From Chlorokybus atmophyticus (Eukaryota; Plantae; Mesostigma and Chlorokybus algae): DNA of 64,000 nt. Of this stretch, positions 20,687 through 34,700 are shown one piece after another. A program made the position numbers and the translations under genes. The stretch is taken from NCBI GenBank assembly GCA_009103225.1, contig RHPI01002262.1:675435-739434 (forward strand), read 5' to 3'. Each line of letters starts with the position of its first letter. Position 1 is the stretch's first letter. The notes beneath the pieces were generated by a model. It searched no databases and was not told where the DNA came from. It saw only the letters and a list, made by a program, of their open reading frames with translations.

Positions 20687-21689
20687 CCTCCCAAAAAGAT
20701 AGCATGGGTGTCCCGGGTCGCCACCAGTGTCTAGGTTAGTCAGTTAACCTGCTATTGCAGCATGTGCACGGTAGCATCTGCCTCGCTTTCACTTGCAGCT
20801 TGGCACACACTCTCACCGTAGACTTCGCAAACGCTTATTGGCAACACATGCATTGCGCATGCGCATGCATTCGTGGTATCAAGACAGTCGTGGTTTTCAG
20901 ACTGGTGAGTGTGGCGCATATTGCATAACCTCTGTACGCACTCAATAACCTCAAACCCAATCCTTTTGCAAGCCTTGCATTGTGCTTGCTGGCATCCTGT
21001 TGTTTGTTGACCTGTATACTTTGCAGTACCCTCTACATCACATGCTGCATGTAAGTTATTTTGGTACTTGGGACCGCAAGTTCAGCACCACCGGTGTACG
21101 GAAGCGTAGCTATATTGTTAATATTTATGTATAGTGTATGTGTAAGCGCAGCGCTACCATGAGAGGAGCACACAAGAGCACTCGTGTCGAAATCCACGAA
21201 GGAAGTTGATGCGACATTAACCGACTAGCGTAAGCTGAAGTCTGTCCAATTGCTGCAAGATCACCATCATGGCCGCCCGCTCGGCCATCAAGGTACGCAT
21301 GACTGCGTGCAAAGCTCTCAAGGAGGCGTGTGTCATGGCCTTTACAGTCAATGAGACAACGGCGTTTCACGTGCTGTTTGCTGTGCAGGTTTTTGCTTCT
21401 AGGGACGGGGGGCGTGTCTAATGTGGGCATAAAGCTGGGGCCCTGTTTCTGGCATTCGCTTGCCTGAAGAGATGTATGTATCTTGCGTGCAAGCGCTCTG
21501 CTCACGTCGCGGTTACAACCATTGCCAGAATGGCGTAAGTTTGGCCTTGCTGACAAATGCATTGGCCCTAACAGGTAGAGTTCCTTTAAAGCTTAATACT
21601 TCATGTGACGTGATATAATTCGACTTATTGTTTTAACAAATGCTGCATGCGTTGTGTCATCAAAGGGCACCATATGCACTGCATATGCA

Positions 21690-22447
21690 CTATACATGCA
21701 TTGCATCTCTGTCTGAACAAAAAGAAAAATCGTCATTACTCAAGTAGCAACTTGTATTCCCTACCAAACATAGCATGGAACAGGACCGCATGGTCGTCTT
21801 TGCGATCAGCCTCAACTGCACCAACAGCCAAAGCAATGTCTTCTTGATCAAACACATGAGCAACTTGCGCTGCCTCTCTTTGCGCGCTATTTTGGCCGTA
21901 TCTTGTGCACTCCGCGGCCTTCCCAATGATTTTATACGCCTTTAATCTGTCATCACCCAAATGACACCCCAATCATTCCAATTGCCTCCATGCAAGTCTT
22001 CTGGCAATTGAAGACCGTACAAGTACTCGCGAGCGGTGTCGAGCAACGCTCGGAATGCGAGTGCATTACGATTCTTCATCTACTTGTTGACCTGCTCCGT
22101 AAGGATCACGCTGTTACTCTCCTGTTGGCCTATAGCCGTCTTAAGGTTGGATACATTGTTTGTCAGCGCACCTAGCTGCTCCTCATGTGGCTCAAGACGT
22201 GCTTGAGCTCCTTTTTATGAGTGTTCAACAGTTCCACACTTGCGTGAACTTCAACGCGCGTCGCGAGGATCTGCCATTGCAGCAACGCTACACTTGCAAT
22301 GACGCTCTCAAGTGCTTGGCTGTTGCCAAGATTGTCAGGCAGCTGCTGCAGGCTAGACATAATGAATCCGGCATCCTGCACCAACCTATCGGTGACGTCA
22401 GTGCGTTCTGATAAATGTTGGACCTCCAAGAACATGGACCGAATCAA
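21690..22447 (-). pseudogene. Decayed intronless coiled-coil/helical protein gene
   Basis: Overlapping ORF pieces in three frames (…HKKELKHVL / EEQLGALTNNVSNLKTAIGQQE / …QREAAQVAHVFDQEDIALAVG…LFHAMFGREY) suggest one frameshifted gene. Confidence 0.35.
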
Positions 22448-24899
22448 TGTAGCAGCGACAGTGTGTGCTTTATCTCCGTGCTATAACACGTCCGCACCAG
22501 AAGCCCCTTTCTATGCCGTACCTATCGAATGGCAGACAATAAGCAAATCAGTGAGCAAATCAGTCAGCAAATCCTTCCCGCTTTGTTTAATGTGTGATGA
22601 TACTACTTGTTGCAATCCTTGTACCAATGTAGTTAAGCTGCAATGCTGGCGTAAGTGTCATACCAATTTACGGTTACAAGGATAAAACGCGTCCACAACG
22701 CACATGCGCACACACGCGCAGAGACAGAGAGAAAGAGAGAGACCTAGATGGCGTTGGTGTCATGCCAACTTACATTTACATGGATAAAAGGCGTCCACGC
22801 ACGTGCACACACGCGCAGACGCACGCACAAAAAGAGAAGCAGAGAGAAAGGGAGGGAGGAGGGAGGGGAGAAAGCAAAGAGCAACGATTGCAACAGAGAC
22901 GATTGGTAATGGCTACTCTACCATCCGCACCTGACTAGAGAGGCTGTAATCCTCCTCCCGGCCCTGAAAACCGTTCACAACATAGGTGCCCGGCACCCAT
23001 GTTGGAAGATGTCCGTTCAATCAATGTCGCCAGCACTGGCTGGAAGCAGAGAGTTGATGATGGCGCTCCTCTACTACTACTACTCCTCCTCCTGCCGCAC
23101 TGGCTGCTGGGCAGGCTGTAGACTGCCTGCTCAAGCTTTACACCCCTGCCTGACCCCTGCCTCCTCCGCCCCGCCCTGCTCACCCTTCACCCCGTGGGTG
23201 CCATCCGCCTCGCTGTCGCCTAGCGCAGTGTGTGGTGCGCTAGCCGTCCGCATAAATCAAACGACAAACGGGCGCCAAAAAGTTGGTGGCGCTTTAACAG
23301 ATAAACACAACAGGTAGCATGATCACGGCTAGCTAAAACGGCAAGTAGGCCGCGGTGACTCAACCTCTCATGACGAATAAACTCTCGTGAGCATAATAAG
23401 AGGGTTATGTAGCCAAACATCCATATGATTATCGTATATGTTTACCAAGTTAATGCAACATGCATAATAGGACAATCACTTGATGGTTTATACGCTTGGC
23501 ATAGGGTGTAATCGTGGATGATCTACTTTATTTATGAAATTTATGACAAGTACAAAGTTGATCAACACATGCTTGCGAACTGCAAGCTGTTTTGCAATGA
23601 TTTAATCTTGTGTTTTTAAAATGTCATGAAGTTACTAGACGGGCTTTCAAGCAGAATTGACTATCACATGCGGATTGTAATGCAATTAGTTAACATAACG
23701 TATAGTGCATGTGCATAAGAGCAATAAGTTTAGCATTACATCAATTTACAATAAGGTTTTGCACATTGTTGTATTATACGTAATGTGTAGATGTTTTTAA
23801 TGATACTTATTACTGTACGATAGCATAATGCTACTACTTGCTATTGGCTACCATTAAATAATAAACACATGTGAGCTCACGTGTACTTAGCAGGCTAAGT
23901 ATATTATTACGCAATCTACGCCTCCTTATGATCCTGTATGCAAAAGACAAACATTTGATCATAACAATGTGCACATGCAACATTGTATACGCATATTGAA
24001 GTGTATGCATCCAAAATATGTATATATGTGCTTGACACTGGTCAATCTTTATATGAACAGTGTTGCAAGCAGTTTATGCGAGAAAGCAGTGTTGCAAGCA
24101 GTTTATATAAACAGTGTTGCAAGCATGCATCATATGATAATAATTGCCTTCATGAACACTTATCATTTTCCGGCATGGCCACATCCATCAAGCGCATCGC
24201 AGCTGCCAGTGTTGAATCGATGTCTTGAACCAATTGTAATACTTGTCAATAATAACACATAAGACTGTAATCATAGTGTTTTGTGCTGACATTGCAAAGT
24301 TGCACTGTGCTACTTACACCAAATTGAATGATATATGTCGTGTAACTTCACAAAACTATTTGCGATCGTAACATCTTGGTTTATTGAAGTGTCATACCGC
24401 ACTTGTCTCATGTCAGTCCAAAACAACTTGCTAAAGCAACGATGACGCATAACAGGCCGCTCACCAAGCATAATACACATGATTGGTTATCAAGACACTT
24501 AATTATGAATGCCCACTCACAGGATTCGAGTGCATCTGCATTGTGCATGTGGCTAGTCAGCAAAACATGTACATGTTGCTGCTGAACAACTGCAGCGATT
24601 ACAACCGAGCACCGTCTGCAAGTTAACAGGACTTACCACATACAACATTAATTTTCCCCCAAGTCAATGACCCTTGCGCAGCAAAAACGTAATGTAAGTG
24701 CCGCTGTACGGTTACCTGTTTCCACAGCAACCAATGGTTGAATTTTTGATTTTTTTTCCGCATACACAAACGTATACATCCAATAATGCATGTACTTGTA
24801 TTAACGATAGACAAGCATGGTAGTAGCTGATCAATGGATGGCGCAAGCACCACTCAAAACATGCACCCGGTATGAGGGCCTTCAACAACCTTCACAATG

Positions 24900-27800
24900 T
24901 TATGGTGCTCTCGTCTTTAATCCCAGTTGTACCGCTTTCCTCTCCTCTCCCTTAGCGGCAGCTTTGGGTGTCGCCATGGAGGTCGCGGTCGCTGCCTCCA
25001 GAAGCTTGTGCAACTCCCTCCGCTCTGCGCACTGCTCCTGTGTAGTTGGTGATGTGCTGAAGAATTGAACAACAGCTCAATGTGAATAGACTGCCAGCAT
25101 TCAAACTGACTGCTCCTTGCCTGCACTGTCCGTCGCAGGACAGCAATCTCCCCTTCCCGTGCTCGAATGATCTCACTGCACACGCACGGCATCAACATGC
25201 AGCATGCCAAGTCCCGCCCCCTGCACTTGCACGATGACAACAACAGCACACACAACAATAAGAACACCCAAAACACCCACCTCAACTTCAAGAGCTGCGT
25301 CTCCATGATCTGCATCATCTCCTCCACCGCCCCCTTTGCAGACCCCACAGCAGCAAACTTCCCCTCCCCCTCTCTCTCTTTCTCTCTCCCCCTCTCCTTC
25401 TCCCTTTCCCTCTCCTCCGCTCTCTCTTTCTCCCACTTTTTCCGCTCTTTATCTCTCTCCATCTCCAGCCTCTTCAGCCTGTCTGTCAATGCCGCCGCAT
25501 CCTTCGCAGACGCCTCTGCTTGCCGTTGTGCGGAATGAAGACGCTCGCGCAGACTCCGCACCTCAGCTTCAAGCTCCGCCTATGTTGCCAAACAGGCCAT
25601 AAGCAAGCACTCTTAGATGCAATGAATGTTGTCACGTGCTGCTTACCTTCTGTTTCAATGACGCGTCTGCCGCCGCCTGGGATGATGCCACCCTGCTTTC
25701 GGCCTCTGCTAGCCGCTCCTGCACTGATGCGCTCTCCTGTCGAGGTTGAACAAAACAATTGGTGAATGTGTCGTAGTCAAAGACAATTTGCGTGGCGTAC
25801 AGCAGTGATATTGGTTCTGCTGCAAGGCCTCGTCTGGGTTAGCATACTACAGCACAGTGTATTGCACTGTAGTACGATCGTAGTGCACTGCATCATAGTG
25901 CCGTTTGTACGCAGTATGGCAACATGTGCCATACATGGCAGCAAGATAGTGCCTTATAGCAGTACAATCCTACAGTATGCATACAGTCCGCGTACGCACA
26001 TACAATCTGTGTACAAGCTTACGGCTTGCTCTGGTCACCATAACCAACATTACCTTCTCAACCTCCTGTGCCCTGGCGTCCCGCACCGACGCAACCTTGG
26101 CTCGACAGGCCTCGCGGACCTCTGAGAGTCTCATCTCGTGAGCACGGGTGACCGCGTCACTGCATTACAGGAGAAGTACAACATGAACATGTTGTGCACA
26201 CGCCCCCACACAATCAACAAACAGCACAACTGAGCGGCACCCACAGCTCTTCTTGCAGGCGTGCCACGTCCGCGGCACTCGCTGCGCACGTGACCCTCAG
26301 TTCACGCAGCTCGCGCTGCACATCCTCCTGCAATGGGAGTCAGAGTGGGTTTATTGTTCGTCTTCTAACATGGCGGTTGAGTTGGTTGTGTTGCAAGAGT
26401 TGAAACCAACATTGCGGCGATCGGCGGCGGTAAGGATGGCGGCAACAGCACTCTGGGATTTAGCGTGGCTGAGGGCCTCTTGGACACGCTGCAGCTCCGC
26501 CTGCATTGTGGGTATTGTTGACTGATGCGGACAATCAGAACCGTGTAGACACCAATGATAATGTGTGCGCGCACAGGCATGTAGCGTGTGTGCATACAGG
26601 CATGCATGCACACACGCGCACTTTGCATGTGAAGTTTGTGTGCACGTTGGTGTATGCAATGCTTTGCACGCGATCCCAAAGTGCTTACACAACAAGTGCT
26701 GGCACAAATTATTATTCTCTCAACTCAACTCGTGTGACGACTACAGTTAGCTTGAGTAGCCAATGCCGTGCTGCAACGCGTCGTCACAAGACACCAGGTG
26801 ACAACTTCAACAGTGAGCGAACTTAATGTCGACACACCTCCCGTGTGGTGGCATTGTCCTGCAGGCGTGCATTTTCTGCCTGGTCCTTTGCGTGGGTGGC
26901 ATCTGCAGCCGCCAGGCGAGCACGCAGCTCGTCTTCTGCACGCACACGCTCCTACCAGCAGGAGGTACGCAATCGTGGGTATGTGCACACGCGCGAGTAC
27001 ACCCACAACCATGCATGGACACATACAACGCATCCAAAATCCATCTACACACACGGACGCACGCACGCATGTTTACGCAGCCGCAGGCACACAAATATGT
27101 CATGTGAGCGCCTGTACGCACACGTACATATGTGTCTGTGACTGTGTACCAGGAATGCACACATGTGCACTCGAGTGCGTACTTTCATAACGTACACACT
27201 GTTGCTGGCTTTCTGTGCAATCACGGAGATTTCTGCCTTCTTACTTGCAGCGTCTCACGCACAAGAGCTGTCTCCCGCATGCGACCCCGCTTTTCCTCAG
27301 CCAGCTGGGCCACTGCGCGGGAGGCCGTTGCACAAGTCTGCGCCATGCTACGCACACTGGCGAGAAAGGCAACATTGGTATCGGTCTCATCTCAGCCAGG
27401 TACATTGATTGAAGCAACATATGTGCCAAGTCTCCCCTTCTGTGCACCAGTTCTGATGAATTGTCCATGGTTAAACAATTTGTGCACAACACACAGCAAA
27501 TTCAGCACAAGCAGGCTTAAGCATTGCACATTGCGATCACAACTTTGATTTTGAACTAAAGAGTGAACACATTTTGGAACCCAAGCCACTACGGGACTAG
27601 GCCACTCTCATCAATATTCACGTTAAAGGTTTCCTTCAACAACAGGGGTGTTGCCAATGGCATTGCAAGCTTCCTTTGACTATTTCCCTGACAACTGTCC
27701 TGGCATTGTGCACAAGCGGCAAGCAATTACTTGAACGGACAATGCCAGCTGCACCAAACCACAAACTCAAGCAGCCAAGCAGCAGCAGTGACAATTGAAG

Positions 27801-27928
27801 CTAAGCACTCACGCAGCCTGGAGGTCCCTCTTGACCTCCGCCAGCTCCCGCCGCACCTCCGCCGCCTCCCACGGGCAGGAGGCAGGGACGGAGGAGGAGG
27901 AGCAGGCAGCGCCCGATCCCCCCGCCAT
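24900..27928 (-). CDS. Multi-exon coiled-coil protein of unknown function
   Basis: About ten GT-AG exons join into an E/R/A-rich heptad protein (MAGGSG...EVRRELAEVKRDLQA|...|ERVRAEDELRARL|...|AELEAEVRSLRERL...|EQCAERRELHKLL...TRAP*). Confidence 0.8.
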
Positions 27929-28010
27929 CCCGCCCGCTGCCACCACTACCGCCGCCCTCAGCTATGTCCTCAGCTATGTCCTTAGCAATGTGCTCATTTA
28001 CTTTGGTGGC

Positions 28011-31000
28011 ATGGAGGTGGCGGCGGCGGTAGGGGCGGAGGCGGGGGTGAGGGCGGATGACGGGGCGGAAGCGGTAGCGGTGGACGGGGCTGAGCGCATG
28101 AATGACGGCGTGGCGGAGATGGCAGGGGGCGCGGGCGGTGATGGAGGCAGGCGGCAGGTGGAGATTGACCACGAGGAGGAGATGAAGGCGCTAGCGAGGG
28201 TTATACACGCTTACCAAGAGTAAGTACTTGACTGAAACGCTAGATCTGTTAGCTTTCTCGTAAGCTCAGCGGATTGCACCCTGACAAGCATGAATGCTGA
28301 TCATGCTTGTCGGTAGCTACGAGGAGGACATGCTGGACGACATCCGGCGCTGGGAAGAGCAATACATCAGGCTGTCAGCACGCCATCAGGTCAGTAAATT
28401 GTAGCACTGAAAAAACCTTTGTCAGTTAGGGTATTGCCAGCATGCAGAATGTGCAGTGCGGTGTACCTATGTGGGTAGTGATTTTGTGTGTCATCACAGT
28501 GTTGATGAGTGTCTTGCTTGACACACAGGCACTGTTGCCAGAGTTGCCTGCCAAGCACAAGGAGTTGCGCCGCTGCGCTGCCGCCAACGCGGACTTCTTC
28601 ACCGAAATGCTCGATGTACTTTGCCACAAATACGTTGGTCGCTTGTGAACATTTGTGTCAAGATGCGTGCATGCGTTGTCACTTTTACACCACATACGAT
28701 TGCTGATTGTTTTGTAGACTTTACATGTTCATGTGCAAGCGCATGGTGTGGGAATGTGTATGCGCGCACAGGCATATGCACGTGATAGCCTATGCGCGCA
28801 AGTGGGTGTGCGTGCGCATGTGTATTTGCGTTGCGTGGACTGTGCGCGTATGTGGCTACACATATCACACACTGCTGATTTACATGCACTCCTAGCAATG
28901 TGTAAGAGTGTTGTTGTTCCTCAGAGTAGCGCTACTCCTGTTGTGATTTGTATGTCCTTTGGTCAACTGTACTTTGTGGGCTATAGTGACACTGCAAGCA
29001 CACAGGCATTTGAGGGCATGAGCTATGATGAAGAACCTGGACCCAGCCCAAACGCCCGACAGGTAATAGCACACTGTCGAAGGTCGAGATGTGTTATTTC
29101 CTTCTGTCGTTGTGTACCATGAACTATGCCCCTATGTCTACAACATAGTGAATCTTGATATGTTCTTTCCAGTTGCCTTCAAGCCGCCATAGCCACAGCC
29201 ACTCGCACTCTCATTCAGCACCACGCACGTCCATGAGCGACGTTGAAAAGGTGAGTTGTTTGGTCGTCTCATCAGCCTATCCATGTGGACTTGTCCTTCT
29301 TTCGCTCAATAGCGTGTTCATGTAAATCCTGCAGGTGCGCTGTGTGCTGCGCAATATTGTGCGTGACTGGGCTTTGGAGGGCGCAGAGGAGCGGAAGCAA
29401 GCATATGACCCGATATATGCAGAACTCGAGCAACGGTTTCCCCCAAGGACGAACTCAGAGCGGTATGACGCTTATGTAGCGTGATATGGTTTTAGAATGA
29501 ATCATGGCTAGTGGTGGTACATGCACATTTGCATGTTCGTGGTACTGCCAGTGTACTTGCATGTGTAAACTAGCTACACATAGAGACATGTGTCCGTGCG
29601 CATGACAAAAGTGCATATGCGTAGGTTTCTGTAACACACACAGACGTGTTAGTCTGCTACAAATGCACATCTGTATGCGCGTGTTGTATGCTGTCACACG
29701 TCCTCTTCGCACTTTCAGACCGCCTCGCGTGTTGGTGCCTGGAGCGGGTTTGGGACGCCTGGCATGTGAGATAGCATCCCGAGGTGAGAGGAGTGTGAAC
29801 ATGTCGTGTTGTGTGTGTCCTTCATCTCTTAACATGCGCATCATTCTCTCATGCAGGCTTTGAATGTCAAGGCAACGAGTTCAGCTACTTCATGCTGGTC
29901 TGCAGCAACTTCGTTCTCAACCACGCCAACACGCGCACTCAGCGCGTGATTTATCCTTGGATCCACGCCTCCTGCAACTCCCTTGCGGACAAAGACCAGC
30001 TTGCATCTGTCCGCATCCCAGACTTCGATCCTGGCAGGTGACTTTTATTGTGACTTCTTGTACCGATCCGCATACTGCCATATTCTGTTTGCTAAGTAAC
30101 TATTGAAGACATGTGACGTGGGTGAGTGGACACACTTGTAATTGATTCATCAAGGATGCGGCTGTAGTCAAGAACAATTATAAGTCTGATTGGAATTTTG
30201 TTGGCTGCATGGCACCGCAGTGCACGACTAGTCGTGAACGGCAGTTGTTGTCATTCGTTTGACACGTCTGGATTTGAAGTTGAAGTTTGTAAGTTGTGTG
30301 GTAGAGCAAGGCTGGTGTTTGCGAGATGAACTGTACCGACATGCGATTGTTTTGTGTGCTTTTGTGGTGTTTGTGCTGCAGCGCTGGAGTGGCAAATTTT
30401 TCCATGTGTGCAGGCGACTTCGTTGAGGTGTATGGCGAGCCATCGCAGGCAGGTATGAATCACAGTCACACCTTGACAGCAATGTAACATATGTGCATGC
30501 GACATAAACCACTTCTACCAGTTGTAGCAACACAGGATAAGTCATATGCAAGCTGTGATGTATAATCTATAATATGTAATTTATACACAATAATTGGTTG
30601 CCACCATATCCCATGCCAGTTGCTCCCCGAAAGACCATCCCCCTGCTTGCAACTATATAACAACATTTTCTGACTGCCATGCGTGCGGTGTGCTGTGTCT
30701 CTGTGCAGGGCAATGGGATGCTGTTGTAACTTGCTTCTTCATCGACACTGCCCACAATGTACTGGCGTACTTGGACGTCATTTATCGCGTGCTGCGCCAA
30801 GGAGGGGTAACAGCTTGCAAGTTGAATGTGTAACACATCACTGTGTAATTATCATTTAACCGTCACTTGTCGCCTCATCTCTTCCCTCAACACGCCAACT
30901 TGTGCCTTGCACGTGCAGGTGTGGATCAACATTGGTCCTCTGCTATACCATTTCGCCGACGCACATCATTACTCGGCAATTGATGTGAGTCTGAGTGAGT

Positions 31001-31377
31001 GTTGGGCTTCAAATGTTGTGTAGCAGTACGGGTTTGCGAGGCTTGTTGGGTACATATCTGATACTTGTATACGTACAAGCAGGAGCTGTCCATAGAGATC
31101 AGCTTGGAAGCTGTAGAGCGCGTTGCATTCGAGTTGGGCTTCGTGTCGCAAAGGAAAGAGTTGAGGCACACATATTACACCGCCAATCCAAAAAGCATGC
31201 TACAGGTCTGTGGCGTCAATCCTCAGCTAGCCGTTGTGTGTCAGCGCAAACAGGCTGCCATGCACTGGAGTCAACATGCTCTGCACATTGCAAACCACTT
31301 GCGTGTTTTGCTTGCAGACGCAATACACCAGCGCTTTCCACGTCATGACCAAGGGTGGACCTTTGCCTCTGCAATAA
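28011..31377 (+). CDS. CARNMT1: Carnosine N-methyltransferase (N2227 family), multi-exon
   Basis: Exon motifs VRCVLRNIVRDWALEG, PPRVLVPGAGLGRLACEIA, GFECQGNEFSYFML, FSMCAGDFVEVY, WDAVVTCFFIDTAHN and VWINIGPLLYHFAD. Confidence 0.93.
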
Positions 31378-31788
31378 ATACAGGGCCGAAAGTGCAGCAC
31401 AATTGCTCAGCAACTCCCACTCCATCCCGTGCCAATTCTATTGGGGTGCAGTTTGTGATGTCCGTGGCCCACACCACATGGGCTGAAGGGCCATCCTGAG
31501 CATGAGTTTCATTTGGCAAGTTCCTACATAGGCTGTGGTTGCATTGGGAGCAATGCACGCTCAACCTGAACATTGCGCAATGCGAGCATATTGCAAGGCA
31601 CAGTGTTTCTGTTGTCAGGACAATTGCAGTTCGGACGCATGAGCCCATGCGTGCACTACCAAGCTTGCAGATCGATTGCAGATTGCGCATCACGGTGCAG
31701 TGTCTCCACAATGGTATGAACATAAGTTACAACTGAGTTTACCTTCGCAACCGCAATCATGTAACCTCAATGCTCCAACACCTGATGT

Positions 31789-34700
31789 TTAGTTACTGTA
31801 TACTAAACCTGGACTGCCAAACTCTGCACAGCTACCTAGTCTGCTAACTACTCCTGCATGAGCATGGGTTACTCGATGACTATGACTCTCTGATTTAGTC
31901 TCACAACCGCCACCTGCGATCCCATTGCGACATCTCAGTGCCAACAACAGAAGCACAAGCATACCATGCATGGGCGTGGCATAAACTCGCTACCATACCA
32001 ATGGCGAATCGTCATCGGAAAGAACTACAACCGTAGTCTGTCTAGGTACATGGTTGTGCTGTGAACAGCACAACAACTGGACAGTGTTTCCTTCAACCTG
32101 CCAGCCAGCAACAGAAATATCAATTAATGCAGCACCTCCACTACGGGTGAGCTTCACTTAGCGCGTACTCAACTGCATGCAATGTAACAAATTCGCAACT
32201 GAGAGTAAGAGCATTGTACGAGTGAGACTGTCTGCGTTGCTGCGCTGCTAGTACACTTGAGTGATACACCAACATAATGGGTCAATGTGTGAGTCAATGA
32301 TTGCACAAACTGGTGACCATTATCAGAGTGAGTGTGATCAAGTCTCAATCCCTTGATGACTAAAGTAATTCACAGATGATTTTGCATGCAAGTGATTCCA
32401 TCCTTACATGCATCGATGTTCTAGTTGCCGAACAAGAATCTCACCTCTTCAATTGAGAAAAGGACAGACGATTGAGTGGGTTGAGTAAATGTGCAAATGA
32501 CGTGTGGAACAACGGATGACTGACTCCATGCATGGTTGCAACAGAGGGTCACCTTGGAGCAATGGTTGTCGGCAGGCTCTGTAGCTCGACCTGCCTCTCG
32601 GCCAAACCGAAGTGGCACGCATTCCGGCGAGTCATCAACAGTTATGCAACAATCAGTTTCAAAGCTTTCGTCATGCGCCAGATGTGCTTCGAGCTCAGCA
32701 GACTCCTGCATACAGCACCAGCTGAAGTCTCTTTCACTAGACTGCAAATGAACAATTTGATAGTGACAATGACAAAGGCGTATGGCGATTTTTTTTTTTG
32801 AGTTCTTTTTTCCTCTAACGGAAGATACTTATCCTTCAAGGGTTATTCAAAGCACCCACATACAAACACAGTCACCATCGCAAACACAAACACATGCACG
32901 CATGTGGATGCGCCCACATTACGCCTTGGAAGGGGGTGGAGGGGTGGTATGCAACACTCAACCAACATGCGTGTTGTGTGCAATCAAGTTCACTACCTGA
33001 CCTGTGCCGTGCAGCGTGATGAGCGGACACAACGCAAGGAGCAGCGGACCGGGGCGGGGCTTTTTGTTGGAGTGAGAAGGAACACCATGCCAGTAGGGCT
33101 GGCAATGGTGGACTGGTCGCCTGGCGTTGGTGACCGCGCATGTGATGCGGGTGTAGCCAACGACATCGGCGACAGGGATAAATCTGAGCAAGGAGAAGAT
33201 GCCCACGACGCCATCTGATGAGGACGACCCACATCAGCCACTAGCAGTTGCATGCCATGCACAATACAGCACCTTACACATCACCTCACATCAAAGCACA
33301 TGCTGGCACACGCATGCCCACGCCCAAACACACATGCTTGGGTGCACAAATGGACAAACATGCATGCACGTACATCCCAACAGCAAGCCATTTAGTACCA
33401 AGTTGACAATTTGATTCAGTTTAACAAACAACAAACCCACCTGAGCTGTTGCAGCTATGCGTCGTGCGGTTGCAGGACTCACTCCAACAGTTTCGGCCTC
33501 GTTGATACCAGCATGACTGCTGTCGTTGATGCTGCATCTGTTGGAGGTTGAAGCTGCCTGCCAGTCCGCAGCACGTGAAGCACTCTCTCTTTGAAAAATG
33601 CCGCCGACAGCCGCATCAACAGACTTCACTTGCCTCGGCTTCCGACTGCGATAAAAATCGCCCAAGCGTGCCTTTGCCTTCACCTTTGGCTCAGCCTTTT
33701 TCACTGCATCCTTCTTCTGCTTCTTCTCTGGAGTCTTCAACTTCTTATTGCTGTTGATGCAGTCTGCCGTATCTGTGTCATACTCTGTGTGCAATGTGGG
33801 CACGCTGTTCAACTCTTCAGTGGCATCCTCAACAACACTCTCAAGGATGTTGTTGTTCTCTTTGTCAAACTCGTTCTGACTGGCCACTTCATTCTCATTC
33901 TCGTCCTCCTCCTCGTCCTCGTCGTCCACGATGGTGTACGCGGACAAGTCCATGGCTTGGAGGGTGGAGACTGTGACACGCACGTGGGGTGGAAGCGGCT
34001 GGCAGTGCGCACAGAGGTCTTGGTGCCTTTGACTCAGGAAGTTGACAGTCAACGGCATCCTGATGACAAGCAAGACAGGACTAAGGCCTTGGTTGAGTAA
34101 AGTCAAGCATTAGCTTGAGTTGGCCAATTCAAGCTGATGCTTAATTTGACTTTGAAGGATGCCGGTAATGGCAATACCAAGCGTGTTCACACCAGCTTTG
34201 CATTAAGCAAGTCCTACTCGTCCCGGATTGCAGTGATTTAGGTGCGATGCAACATGTCATAGCTGTGATCAACACCTGGAGTTGTGCAACCAACCACTGG
34301 AAAGACAAACACGCATGCACAGCAGCCAGCCCGCCCGCCCGTGCACGCGTGCGCCCAGCGTGCGTGTGTGCGTGCATAGTGTGTGCGAGCGTGTGCGCGT
34401 GCAGGTACAGGCATGCCTACGTGCACACCCACAGCTGTTGCCTACATGTGTATGCGGTCATACATCCAAGGTCGTTTGTAGACTGAACATCCAACAATCA
34501 AGACGACAGTATTCAAGTACTCGCGTGCTTCCACATTCGACATGAACCATGGACAACCACCCACAGCTCGCTTACTCTGCGTATTTCTCGTGCTGCAGCA
34601 TGAGAAACAGCAGCCGGATGCGTCCGGCGACTCCAGTGAAGTTCGTGGCGATCTTGCCACCGCGCGGGATGCGCCCGCCTCCCGCTGCCAGCAGCTCCGC

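Larger units (their letters stand above)
18269..21281 (+). repeat. Near-identical tandem duplication with a 1,506-bp unit
   Basis: 18269-19774 equals 19775-21281, and identical ORFs are offset by 1506. At least one substitution was seen (CGCACCGCT vs CGCAGCGCT). Confidence 0.95.
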
